Shown here in pieces: positions 51,061 through 64,000 of a stretch of 64,000 bases of DNA; positions within the stretch are counted from its first letter, which is position 1, and the number at the start of each line of letters is the position of its first letter. The stretch is from contig OX597819.1 of assembly GCA_951406725.2 (NCBI GenBank), positions 67,394,001 to 67,458,000 on the forward strand. Direction: 5' to 3'. A program made the position numbers and the translations under genes. The stretch comes from Octopus vulgaris (taxonomy: Eukaryota). The notes beneath the pieces were generated by a model, which was not told the origin of the DNA, did no database searches, and saw nothing but the letters and a program-made list of their open reading frames with translations.

Positions 51061-52199
51061 TAATTAATCATTTGCATAATTTTAGAACAAGGAATATAGG
51101 TATGTTTACATCACAATCTTACTTGATTTTGAAGTTTAAACAACGTAAAAATATTCTATCTCTTAGCCAGTAGTTACACGTACCATGCCGTCTATTGGAG
51201 GGGCGCCATTTGCACACAAAGCTTCTTTGAGGCGCTTGCTATGAGCAAATGCAAAGTCATCCTTGTTTGTTGGGATTATCAGACGCCTGCATATTATAAA
51301 GAGTGTTGCTATATAAATATCTAACAATCGATTTACCCATTTGACGAGGCGGCCTACAAACTAACTTTAACATATGTGGTTATTTAAAGTTTGTTTAACA
51401 ACATATACTCTCCACAGTCTTTATACTAAATAATCAATAACAGTATCAGCCATACAGCTTTCCTTAGTTATAATCTATCAACCTATACAATCTCTGTTCT
51501 TAACGTTTTCTACGGAAATAAAGTTTTTTCTTTGTAAATGGCATTATGTTGTTTAATTGTCGTCATATATGGATCACATTATCAGTACTTACATTCGAGC
51601 GATTATATTTACCTTCCGTTACGTGTTTTATATATTCTTTACTAACTTTATTCTCTTTATTTATTCTTTATTCATTTTCTAACGTTAGTATTAAGTTTAT
51701 AGTGTGATAATAATTGGTGATTATCTTTGCAATTTCGGCTCGTTATACTCGAGATTGCTCCAATCGGGCCAGCCCCAAGGAAAAATAAGGTACGAGCATT
51801 GCATTCCTTGGAAGAAAGCAGCAAATGTATACGAAAACAAGGACGGAAAAAACAGAGAAATGTTACACAAATACAAATAAGAGGACATAACAACAGGTGT
51901 CTTTCGACTAAGGACGAATAAAATTAAGCTGGCGTGTGTGGAAGTAAAGCCTTACGGCAGGGACATAAGGTTTACCAAGCACGGGAAGGAATATAGATGT
52001 TGTACGGACAGTTGTCCAACCAATAAAGAAATGTCAGGCCTGGACGAACACCGGTCACGTGGGGAGAAGGGATAGAAGAATTAAGGAGGGACGATAAAAA
52101 ATGAAAGAGACACAAACAAGCATGTGGTGTGTGTGTATGTGTCTGTGTGTGAATGTAAAAAATTGTGTGCACATACGCCAGGATATGTATATAAGTATA

Positions 52200-52986
52200 A
52201 CTGTGTACATATAGATGTTTGTGTGCATGCATCTATAAATATATACATCCATACAAGTATATATAAGATACATATAAATACAATTATCAGGAAATGGATG
52301 ATTCTAACGAGGCTACGAGCAAAAAATATCATACCGTGTAATGGGCCACTAAGGGATAGCGAAGGAGATTTTCTCAAACATTGCTCAAGGTTGAAAATGA
52401 ACGCAAACACTTTCCTGAATAGGAAAGGGCAGAGAAAAAAGCTGTGAAGAATATAAAAAACAAATCTTAAAACCTTCTATAGATTTGCAAAAGAGCTCGC
52501 GTCAGTAGAGGATAGGGACACTGTTCAGAGGAAATGGCTCACCGACTGCAGACTCGTAGAATATCAGTGAAATACTGAATGTGCAATAAAAGAATATTTT
52601 CACAACTCCATTGCGGCAGATGCGTACAGCTATGTGTGATGAGTGTCCGAGGCGGCAGGTGAAAATATTAGAGTGCTCAGAGCGAGCCCCGCCAGCTTGC
52701 ATACGAAAAGCATGCCCTAAACCACGAGTTAATAGCAATTAGAGATAACATTGACAGCGAGAAAACGGATGTAATATCAGCCATGCGGAAATGAGCTGAG
52801 ATTCAGCCACAGAGTCTGATGAATTCCCAGAAAACTCCACAACAAATGCAAAGAGACTCTAACAAAACTACTTCAGATACTCTTCCAGAGCTTTCTCGCA
52901 AGAGGGAGGATTTCCAGAAAGTTAAACGAAGGCATAATATGCCTTATCCATGAGGGACTTTGCAGAGCAGATATTAAAGTTATAGA

Positions 52987-53044
<58 letters not shown>

Positions 53045-53830
53045 TTCTCTCTCTCTCTAACCTCCCATGTCAGCTAGTTGCGGAACTTATTTTGAGATAG
53101 AAACCGATTGCGTTCCTCTAAGATAATGACTTGGTCCTTGACATCCAGCATGGTTTCCTCTCAGGGAATAGCTGCCTTACACAGCATTTGCAGTATTATG
53201 AAGAGTGATGAAACAACTAATGAATCACTCAAACCTGGGTGCCTATTCCTTGATTTTGCAAAGGTCTTTGGTAGGTTGATTATGTGAAGATATGTCACAA
53301 AAAGCTGGAAGAGGTGTTATTTGACTTCTTAAAGGATAGAACTAGGTGGTGGCAGCCAATGGGACTTTCTCCAAAGATGCATTAATAGCGAATGGATAGC
53401 CTCAGAGAACTGTCTAGGGTCTGCTTAAGTTTATGGTGGCGCTCTAGGACATGCTATCACTTACATAGACAACCACACTTACTAGCTATGCAAACGACAC
53501 AAGTACTACAAGCATGAAAAGAACATTCCGATTAAGAGCTTCTAAAGACCTAGATTCCATGTATAAATGGATTGAAGAAAACAACATGCAATTTTATACC
53601 AGTAAATTCCAAGCTTTCGTCTATCAGCTTGTCAGGGCTCAGATGCCGCCAAAACAGTATTTTGGACCAAAAAGAGCGGCAGTCCCATAATCAAGTATAG
53701 TCCGTGATCAGGGTATTCATATATAGAGACCAACGCCTTGATTCACCTGACTGATGGTGGCAAAGTGAAAGCAAATGGCCGGATGGATTCTGAGAACCTT
53801 CAGAACAAGCGTCCAGAAACTATGGAGCTA
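52200..53830 (+). mobile_element. Decayed CR1-like LINE
   Basis: QHGFLSGNSCLTQHLQ at ~53146, LDFAKVF, SYANDT, YKWIEENNMQF, GWILRTF; interrupted by (CT)n. Confidence 0.7.
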
Positions 53831-56112
53831 AGACATGGAGCAAAGACATGGGCCATAAGAAGGATGCTGAATAGTTGCACGAACTGAAACAAACAGTAGC
53901 CTGCCCACAACAGACGGGACTATTCATTTCAGTTAGGGAATGAAGGAAATCAGAAAAAATGGGTGACTGGATGGCACCGGGACCAGATGGAGTTCAAGGC
54001 TGCTGGATCAAGTAATCTGGTGAGTGTCATGCAAGAATAGCTACGCAACTCAACACCTTGTGAAATGCCGAGCATGTAACAGCAGAGTACATGACAAGGA
54101 TAGAACAGTGCTGTGCTTGAAAAACATCGAAAGGCAATACGGTAGACAATTACAGACTGATATCCTGCTTGCTACTTATGTAGAGATTATTGATTGGAAT
54201 AGTCGCAGAGTCAATCTACGGACATCTGGAAAAAATGGAGTGAAGCTACTTGAGCAGAAGGAGTGCAAGCGTAAGTGCAGAGGTATCAAGGATCAACTCC
54301 TGGTAGACAAAACTGTATTTAGAGACTGCAAGAGGAGGAAAACTAACTTAGCCATGTCATGGATTGATTATCTTAAGGCATACGATATGATCCCACATTC
54401 TTGGATTATGGAATGTATGAACCTTTTTGGTATTGCATCGAATGTTGAACGATTGCTTGGGAAAAGTATGGCGAAGTGGAGGACGGAACTGACAGCATAT
54501 GGAAGAAGTTTAGGGACAAGAGAAATCAGGGGAGGCATCTTCCAGGGAGACTACCTGTCCTCATTGATATTTGTACTGTGAATGTTAACACTAACACTGA
54601 TTCTAGAGAAAGCAAATTCTGGGTATGTATTCAAGAACCGCCAACACAAAGTCAACAACTTGCTGTTCATGAATTCCAAGTCAGTTCCCTCGTTGATACG
54701 GTGTATACTTTCAATGCTGATATCAAAATGGAGTTCGGACTGAAATCGGGTGGTGCGTTAGACTTGAAGAGAAGCAAAATTAAATTGATGGACACGATAG
54801 CGATACTGTCGAGGGAGGTTATGAAGCAAATAGAAGACACGAGCTATAAGTACTTGGGGATATTGGAAATGGATAAATTGGTGGAGAAAGAAATAACTGA
54901 AACATTTAAGTTGGAGTAATTGCGCAGACTGAAACTGATACTTAAGACGAAGTTAAACAGACCGAATATATTGAAGCTATCAAGCACCTGGCCGGTTTCA
55001 CTCCTTAGATATGGAGCAGAGGAAATCGCATGAACAGCAGGAGAACTAAAAAGATTAGACAGAAGTTAGTTGCTAACAAGATATGGGATACTCCACCCCA
55101 AAAAGTGACACAGGCAGAGTATATGTACCAAGTAAAAGAGGGGAAAGAGGACTGATTGGATACGAACACAGTATTGCAGTAGAAGAAAACAACATAGAAT
55201 GTTATGTAAAAATGCTACGGAACCGCTATTATTGGAAGTCAGAAGGTCAGGCTTGTGTAGGATGGAAGATTGCAAAGATAAAGCATTGTACAAACACTTG
55301 AGAATGAATGAAACTGAAAATAAGTGGATAAAGAAGAGAATACATGGTCAATTTTATTGGAATGTTGAAGATAAGACCGACAGAGAAAAATGATGGCTAT
55401 GGATGATTAAAATTTATTTAAAACCGGAATCTCTGCTTCCCAAGAACAAGCATTAAGAACTAGTTATATCAAATACAGATGCAATTGGTTTGGCGAAGCG
55501 ACAAATGCAAAATGTGTGGTGAGAGGTGTGAAACGGTATGGCATATCGTTAGCGAATGCCCGAAATTGGCACATCGTGAATACAAAAGTGCCATGAAAAC
55601 GACGGCCTACAAAGATCAAAGGCGTGGTATGAATAAAATTCAGAAGTCACAGAAAATGAAAATTGCAAAATCATGTGGGATGCAATGATCCAGTGCGATA
55701 ACTCGACCAGACGGCATTTTAAGCCGGTGATTAAAGAGAATGAACCTGCATGAGAATCTACATAGGGTGCCACGGTAACAACAGAATCACTGTGATAGAA
55801 GAAGGAAAAATAAATAAATACGACCATTTCAAGTGGGAAATACGAAGGTTTTGTGGTCAATGAAGAAAGTAGATGTGATACCAATAGGAACTGGTGCACT
55901 TGGGAGTATCAGCACTCAACTACCAACATGACTCAAAGAAACTGATACAAAGATAAATGTATAAAACCTATAGAAAACAGCATTGCTTAGAACTGCAAGA
56001 ATTCTTCGCAGAGTCCTTGAAGCATGACCAGTCAACATGTGTCACCTTAGTCTGCTGGCTGTGGACGGTTGACACTTTCCTTCATACCCAGCAAATAAAG
56101 CAGTGAGTTTTC
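53830..56112 (+). mobile_element. R4/Dong-clade (RLE-type) non-LTR retrotransposon, 5'-truncated and decayed
   Basis: [85 protein letters not shown]; ends in (TAA)n. Confidence 0.85.
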
Positions 56113-56299
<187 letters not shown>

Positions 56300-56304
56300 T
56301 ATAA

Positions 56305-56847
56305 ATGCCCTGATGCAGTACCAGACAGTGGCTCTCATGGCTTCTGATCTTAACTGATTGGAAGTGTTATCATGAACATTGTTTTGTCTTGGTATAAAAG
56401 ATAGGCTACAGCAAATAATTTGCTCAATACCACAGATTTGCTTCTCAGTTTGACCATAGCAAGTTGACCATGTCCCTTAGTGGCTGATGATATGTGCATC
56501 TCTGATCATGAGGAGAAGTGTTGAGAGGGACTCTTTGGAAGTTTGAATAATTCACCTCTGGAAACATGAGTGTTTCATTCAACATCCCTAAACAGCTCTT
56601 ATTCAGGGACCTTTTCAGCGGGATGGATTACTCGACCAGAAGAAAATTTTAACTGGGCCCCACCTATGAGACCCCCTGCAAGGTTATGTGCTGTTTATCT
56701 TGATATGAGATCACCATGTGGTTCACATATGGTTGTGATGTATGTGCCCAGTGTACCATTATCAGACGGGTAGTCATGATGGGTATACTGGGCTTCGTAT
56801 ATTTTACTCCAGTGTCACTTTGATGGCATGCACTGCTCTCTCACGCA

Positions 56848-56850
<3 letters not shown>
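56305..56850 (+). mobile_element. Non-coding retroposon 3' segment flanked by (TAA)n
   Basis: (TAA)n on both sides; second copy in inverted orientation at 57985-58435. Confidence 0.65.
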
Positions 56851-56933
<83 letters not shown>

Positions 56934-57937
56934 TCTAGTAAGGAATTTATAAATATTTAATGCATTGCTACGCGCGTTTCCACAAGTCATCTGATTTTGG
57001 CATCAGCGTCGGTATCCTTGGGATTGGTGCAGTATAGTCCGTATTATCCGTGAGCAGTCGGTTGGTTATGATCATTGATTCATTTCAGCAGGTGATACAG
57101 CATTACTGGATGAATCACAAAGGGATGTTTACATTTTACATCTTCTTACCAGGATGAAGGCCAATTTAGCTATGTAGGTATTTTTGTATGTATTTGTCGG
57201 TAGGGGGATTGGTGATGGGAGTAGATGGAGAAATGGTAATAATATGGAGATGGAGTTGTTTGTGGTGGTGTTGGATATATTTGCTGTTCATTCTGCAAAT
57301 TTTAAGGATGGTCATATATTCGGCAACAAGTGCATGATATGGAATGCAGTGTACAAATGCGATGTGAAGGCAAACACGGGGAAAGATGTGTACAATGGTA
57401 ACACCGCAGACATAATGAAAAATCGTCTGAGAAACCATCCCTCATCTTTTTCCAATATTAATAAAAGACACTCTGGATCTCTGTCGAATCTAGTCAGGAG
57501 GCTAGAATAGAATTGAGTAGAATACAGAATCCATTGGTCAATTACAAAAAATAATGCACCTTGTAACAGGACTTCACGACTATGAAACATAAACCTGGAA
57601 GAAACCCTAGAAATAATAAGTTTTAGGGAAAATGTGATATATATACACACTGAAATGGTCAGAACCTGTAAGTATAGGAACAAAATATCATTAGTGGAAT
57701 TTGGAAAATATATTTTGAAAATAAGTAAAAAGAAATATAGATTAGTGAATGAAACCAAACAAATAAATGAAAATATCAGTGTTTAAGATGATACAAACTA
57801 TAACGAGGAAATTAAAAACGTCACCATGAGAGGGTATCAGTAATCAGTGGCGGACTGGGTCTTCAACTATTGGTTGCCAGGAGACTAAAGGGACCCAGGC
57901 GCAAATACAAGGGGACCCATCCGCAACTACAATGCTA

Positions 57938-57984
<47 letters not shown>

Positions 57985-57987
<3 letters not shown>

Positions 57988-58435
57988 GAGTGAGAGAGCA
58001 GTGCATGCCATCAAAGTGACACTGGGGTAAAATATACGAAGCCCAATATACCCATCATGACTACACGTCTGATAAGGCTACACCAGGCACATGCATCACA
58101 ACCATATGTGCACGACATGGTGATGTTATATCAAGATAAACAGCACATGACCTTGCAGGTGGGGCCCAGTTAGAATTTTCTTCTGGTCGAGTAGCCCATC
58201 CCACTCAGAAGGTCCCTGAATAAGAGGATGTTGAACGAACCACCCATGTTTCCAATGGTGAATTATCCAAACCTTCAAGAATTCCTTTCAACACATGGCT
58301 ATGATGCTCCCCCACTACTCCTGCTTATGATCAGAGATGCCATATCGTCAGCCACTAAGGGACATGGTCAAACAACTGACAAGCAAGTCTGTGGTATTGA
58401 GCAGAATATTCCCTGTATCCCATCTTTTATACCAA
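57985..58435 (-). mobile_element. Inverted copy of the 56305-56850 element
   Basis: gagagagcagtgcatgccatcaaagtgacactgg is the reverse complement of ~56809-56842; homology continues to ~56390; flanked by (TTA)n. Confidence 0.7.
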
Positions 58436-58449
58436 TTATTATTATTATT

Positions 58450-58597
58450 ATTCAGTAGTTTTATTTTTATTTTTATAGCGTGCTTTCACTTCACTACCGA
58501 GCGCAGCTCTGTGTGCCTTGGGTATGTGCTGTGATTTGTTGTGATGCTCTGATGGTTATTGTATGGAAAGTGTTCAATAACCATCAGAGCATCACAG

Positions 58598-58600
<3 letters not shown>
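58450..58600 (-). mobile_element. Short retroposon 3' end between TTA tracts with an inverted 5' segment
   Basis: Minus strand ends aataaaactactg(aat)n; 22-bp perfect inverted repeat 58540-58561/58575-58596. Confidence 0.5.
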
Positions 58601-58664
<64 letters not shown>

Positions 58665-58779
58665 TTCAACTGTCTACAAACATTGGTCGCCATATATGAA
58701 TTCTAATGGCGCTGAGGCCCACTTGACATCGGTCAAGCTGCCAAGCTGGCCAGTAGTAGTAATCAGTTCTGTCAACCCG

Positions 58780-59790
58780 GCCACTATTAGTGCAACTTCT
58801 GGTCCAGTCATAGCGTTTTTTAAAAGATTTAAAAAAACCTGGAGGAAAGTCAGCAAGAAGGTTTACATAACTACAAGCAATAAATGCATGATATATCCAC
58901 TCTACCATTCTTGGATTTCTTGTATGGCACCTTTCTACGGAGAAATAACAGTGAAATGATTACCGAGAATTGTTTGAGTTAACGATGATCTTTCTTGGCA
59001 GAAGTTTAAAGAACGGGATATCGTTTTGTACACCAGAAGATGTAAGTCATGCTAGGTGGATGTCAAAAGCAACTTATGCATTCAGGATATATTTGTTGCA
59101 ATATCAATTTCAGTTATCTCCTGGGGAGAACTCCTTAAGAGGAATATGTATTTCCTTGGTCGAGTGTGTTCAAGCCTGGGTTGTGTTATCAGAAACAATT
59201 AAAACACCTTATCAGGAATTCCTATTCATGCATCAACCGTTAAATTATCAGGAAATTGATCCACAAATCGGTAAGCCTGCGCCGAAAAAAATTCCATTTA
59301 TCTCTGGTACTTAGATCCCGAAATTGTGGTTCTGTCCCTATTTGATGGCAATGTTCCAACAGAGATGATGTCAAATATTGCTCAAGTTATGCTGGAAGCT
59401 GACACAGATGAAGAGGAAGAAGAAAAAATAAATCAACTGAGGAAGTACATTCTACAGCAAAATAACTTTTATTCCTTTACAAACATCGGGTTTTTGGTTT
59501 TTGTAACTCTGGTACAAAAACGTCCTTCACGAGATTTTCTGTCAGCAATGATTTCTTCGACAAAGACCCTTCTACATGGAAGTATGATCCTAGTTACAAA
59601 AGTGGACTTGAAAAACTTAAGTAGACAGTTGCTGAGAATAATGTTGCAGAAAGTGGTGTCAAAATAATTCAGGATTGCAATGACATTTTCACAGAAGTTG
59701 AATGTGAGAAACAATTTGTTTTACAGATCGTTACCGAAAACCTTAAAACATACACAACTGCCACTAAATCTTCTCTGTGTTTTATTAAGT
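58780..59790 (+). mobile_element. hAT-superfamily (hATm-like) transposase relic
   Basis: SGPVIAFFKRFKKTW, SHARWMSKATY, WYLDPEIVVLSLFD, NNVAESGVKIIQD across frameshifts; possible left end cagtggcggactggg at ~57845. Confidence 0.6.
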
Positions 59791-60133
59791 AAACTTAATA
59801 TTTCTTACGTTTTTCATCTTATTTCAGGAATTTTTAAAATTTGATTCAGAACGTTTTTAAACATCTGTTGGGGTTCCTTGATGAGTCCACATAAATTTCT
59901 CTAATACGAAAACAGAAAATGCTCAAAAAAGGGAAAAGTATACGTCATTTGAACATAATTAATAGTTGCGCATACTATGTTCCAACTTCCAGGCGTTTGA
60001 GGGCCACCCAGCAGTTGCCCGTTTAAGCTGATATTTGGCACTCGCTGTTTTGTTGTTTTGTTGTTTATTGGAACAGGATTGGTGTGCGGGAGCAGCAAGA
60101 TTTTAATTTCCGGAAAATTACTTATTGTTAATG

Positions 60134-60187
<54 letters not shown>

Positions 60188-61414
60188 ACACATGAGTATA
60201 AATACATATCTATGTGAGAAAGTATCTGTCATTACAATTTCACTTCAAAAGCACACTATTATATGTGATTTATGGAATATATTGAATTGTAGGAATTAAT
60301 GTTTTTGCTCTATATTGTCAGAAATGGTCTATAATCATAGAGTAGAAAAGAAAATTACAAAATATGATATAATGTCCAACTTTAGACTTACAGTGGATGA
60401 GACAAATATCTACGTCATTTCTGTTATAAGATGTACTTACGTTTATCGTTAAATATGTCGTAGAAGTATCCGATAGTTAAATTTGAAACAACATCCCCTG
60501 GAGAAACTCACCATACATGCATGTTAAAGTGATAATAGAAGATTTCAAATTTCCCACGTGGATTTGATTTCTGAGGAGTGTATCAAATAAATCCGTTAAT
60601 CTCTTAAATATACATATTCAAGGTAATGAACAATATTTCAAAGCGCTCATTTGAGATGTAACATAACTGTTTTGTTTGAACATGCATTAGAACTATGAAC
60701 GATACCACTGCAACACGAACCGATACTTAACAGTAGTCAAGCATTTGACTGGAAGCATTCTGGCTCTTCGTCATCAAAAGGGATATTGATTGAATTACTA
60801 CCTTTATACCATATCACTATTGATAATCTTTAAAAGAATATGTTACATCACAAACATTGAACAACGTGTATATTCATCACTATACTCTAATGGTTATAAT
60901 AGTAGTCATCCTTATGTTCACACCCATTTCCCGACACCACTCACAATACCACAACCAACACCAGTACCATCACGATCATCATCATCTTTATCATCACCCA
61001 TACCATCATTTTAAACACAATAATATAATATTATATACAACCATAGTAGAACGCAGCCAATGAAAATCAGTCCAACCTCATATCTCAATGCGTAAACATA
61101 CATACGTAATCCATGACCACATCTCTATATACATGCATATATATATGTACATATATATATAGGTGGAGAATTCACAAAAAAAACAAACAAAAGACGAACA
61201 CAGGTGGTGAAGACAACAACCAGATGTATTTGTTTAACGTTCGGGAAATGAAAAAGTTTTTACCACCTATATATTAGAAGTAAATCTACGACCTATATAA
61301 CATGGAAAGTGTTTTAAAATTTGTTTAACGTTAGGAAATGGTTGCATTTATATATTCTAGCTATTAGGAGTGCCTAACTTGTGGATTCATCGGGAAATAT
61401 AGTAACGAAACGAA

Positions 61415-62326
61415 ATGGACCCATTCACAAACAGTAGCCAGACACCTAGCGATTCAAATATACATTTCCTTAGAAGTATACAGTATGTTTCAATTCTTTT
61501 ATTGATATTTGGATCTATTGGGAATTTAGCTGTTTTTGCGATATTTTTTCAGAAGAAAATGCGTCAGACTAAAATCGTTCCATATCTTCATTGTTTGTCT
61601 CTAGTGGATTTCGCTGTTATTTGGTTGAATTACCTAAGGATCATATGGCAATCCTCAACTTTGCATTCTGATACGTCAATTACAGGTATTTTAAACAGTG
61701 AAATATATGGAGCCGTTAATTTTTCTATAAATATATATTCCTCCTGGATAACCGTTATCATATCTCTCGAACGTTTGTTTGCAATTTTTTTCCCGTTTTC
61801 CAGATTTCATTCTTCTGGACGCTATAAGCCTTACATCGTGCTCACTTTGCTTTTTGTATGCATTGTTGTTACGTATACAATGCTGACAGTATTTTTGAAG
61901 AATGAAGTATATACTCTGTGTGCAGCACTCTTGATTTATTCATTCTTACCAGCTGTGATTTTAATAATCAGTTCTATTTTGTTGGTATACAAAATACTTC
62001 ATCGACCCGACCTTGGCCAGCATATTCAACGGAATCTATCTGAACAGTCCAGAAATACCATTTATATCGTCATCGCTATAAACTTACTGTTTCTGGTAAC
62101 AACGTTTCCTGCTTCTATTTATTTCTTGGTACTATCACTCCAAAATGAAATTAATATGGTCATGTATATCTTTTTGGATACTATAGCTTGTATTAATAAT
62201 GTTATTAACTTTATTTTGTATGTTGTGATTAGCAAATCATTTCGTCACAATTTGAAACACATATGTTCTAAAAAGATATATGCCAATAGGAGTACAGTAT
62301 ATTCATTGCAGTCGACAGCAAATTAA
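61415..62326 (+). CDS. Class A GPCR, array copy 10, 303 aa
   Basis: Intact ORF with GSIGN, LSLVD, SSWITVIISLERL, FLVTTFP, INNVINFILY, SKSFR; starts at the Met equivalent to the second Met of copies 1/2. Confidence 0.92.
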   Translation: MDPFTNSSQTPSDSNIHFLRSIQYVSILLLIFGSIGNLAVFAIFFQKKMRQTKIVPYLHCLSLVDFAVIWLNYLRIIWQSSTLHSDTSITGILNSEIYGAVNFSINIYSSWITVIISLERLFAIFFPFSRFHSSGRYKPYIVLTLLFVCIVVTYTMLTVFLKNEVYTLCAALLIYSFLPAVILIISSILLVYKILHRPDLGQHIQRNLSEQSRNTIYIVIAINLLFLVTTFPASIYFLVLSLQNEINMVMYIFLDTIACINNVINFILYVVISKSFRHNLKHICSKKIYANRSTVYSLQSTAN

Positions 62327-62872
62327 AGCTCTCGATGCTTGAGCATTTTATTCCAATCCAGTAAGTATCTACTTAGATGTATATCTTAATTTATGTTCTT
62401 TGCATATTTATGGAAGTATATTGCGTTTTCTTTCTGCTCCAGTCGCACATTTCATTTATATAAACATACATATTTATACATACACGTTTGTGAATTCTTG
62501 TGCCTGTACGTGCATCTACTTGCGTGCGGGTGTCTATGTGAGTTTATGCGTGCGTGTGTATCTATATGCCTGTCTGTGTGTATATTTGTCATCACACCAC
62601 CCAATCGATATCATAGTAGACCCCACCGCTAAAAGAAAATGTAAATCCCAAAGTTGAAAAGATTAAGTCCTGAATCGATTTGTTTAACTAGACCTACCTT
62701 GACAGTGCGCCAGTATCTTAAAGTAAAATAATGAATAAAGAAATCGATAAAGACAATGATTAAAAGAAGCAATCTGTGATTTTAGCAAGACTAACGCAAA
62801 CTTCATACGCAAATTTAAAAAGCGGGGAAAAATTTGGATATTTCAGCAGTATTTGTGTACAGTATCACACAA

Positions 62873-62952
<80 letters not shown>

Positions 62953-63863
62953 GTACATATATATACATATACATATGTATGTATTTATGTATGTATGCAT
63001 GTATGTATATATACATGTGTGTGTGTATGTATGTATGTATGTATGTATGTTTGTATTTATGTATATATGTGTCCGTGTGTGTTTATGTATATATACACAC
63101 ACATTCACATATTTATGCATGTATGTGTTTGTGTGCTTGTCTGTGTGTGTGTCTGTCGATTGAAGTTAAACAAGTATCGTACATGAAATTATATAACTGA
63201 ACCTCCTGTTGTATTCGTTTAAGCAGCGTAAATCAGAATAATGGCGGACATTAATTGAAAAATGAATTTACTGACAGTAGTTATCGCACAGCAGAAAAAA
63301 ATTAAGTAATATCCATTGATTAATTATTGATTAGCCAGCATATGCAAAAGCATTAATGAAAACATCATCACAGCTCTCATCATTGTTACAAGTAGTAGGG
63401 AAGATAATGTAGCCATTGATATGGTTAAGTTCTCGTTAATGATTTCAGTAGTATTAATGCATTGTTTTATGTGACATGTTGACAAACATCCGTGTTTTAT
63501 ATTAAACCGTATCAGAATCAGAGGAAGCGACAGGACAACGATAAATATAACACTTGAAAGATGATTTTCTTTTACTTTCATCGACTACAAGCATAAAATT
63601 CAATATATGTAGCAACCACTATATTTGCGGATGGGAAAAAATTGATGGCATACGGAATTATTTTTGAGTAAATTCACAAGTAAAGGAAGAAAAACATCCA
63701 CCAAATATTAAATAAACGGAAATCTAACAATATGAAGGTGTATATGATAACGATAAAGGGAAATAAAAATATGAACCCGTTTTTATTTTTTCATGTTTCA
63801 GTCAATTTCTATAAATTACACTGAACCGAAATTATAAGTGATACAAGTTTTAGAACATTCATA

Positions 63864-64000
63864 ATGATGAACTGTACTTCTATAATCACTGATGAAGAAT
63901 CTGTGCAAAGGAGAATTGTATTCTACGGGTCTATAATATTATTAACTTTTGGGACGTTTGGAAATTTAGCGGTCATTGGCACATATTGCGAGAAACGGAT
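63864..64000 (+). CDS. 5' part of a divergent array GPCR (copy 11), truncated by the window end
   Basis: Manual translation MMNCTSIITDEESVQRRIVFYGSIILLTFGTFGNLAVIGTYCEKR: sequon NCT and TM1 YGSIILL.FG.FGNLAV matching the family; absent from the ORF track. Confidence 0.75.
   Translation, partial: MMNCTSIITDEESVQRRIVFYGSIILLTFGTFGNLAVIGTYCEKR

Noticed and set aside
57166-57758. ORFs of 90-148 aa on both strands
   Set aside because: No motif I can recognise; lies between transposon fragments; left unannotated.

Overview
AT-rich, microsatellite-saturated animal genomic DNA. The repeat content (tRNA-derived SINEs, CR1, R4/Dong and Tx1 LINEs, Penelope-like fragments, Tc1/mariner, hAT) suggests an octopus or other coleoid; this is inference. 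The main feature is a tandem, same-strand array of at least 11 copies or fragments of one compact class A GPCR family with uninterrupted coding regions. Four copies are intact (349, 5095, 32760, 61415), one is intact apart from a 1-nt N-terminal insertion (43355), four are pseudogenes, one is a 5' stub, and a more divergent member starts at 63864 and runs off the window. The receptors have ERL in place of DRY, NFxxY in place of NPxxY, an almost absent ECL2 and no TM3 Cys. The five full-length copies keep an invariant GTAAGTATCTA donor-like motif 33-35 nt after the stop. Two duplications are visible: the copy 1/copy 2 cassette (offset ~4.75 kb) and a 12.5/10.6 kb tandem duplication joined at a 5-nt microhomology. 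Also present: an (ATAG)n-associated Tx1-like element with empty and filled sites side by side, minimal hammerhead-ribozyme motifs in Penelope-like ends, nested insertions in (TAA)n, several fold-back structures and a possible opposite-strand GPCR relic. Most short ORFs in the track are microsatellite translations.
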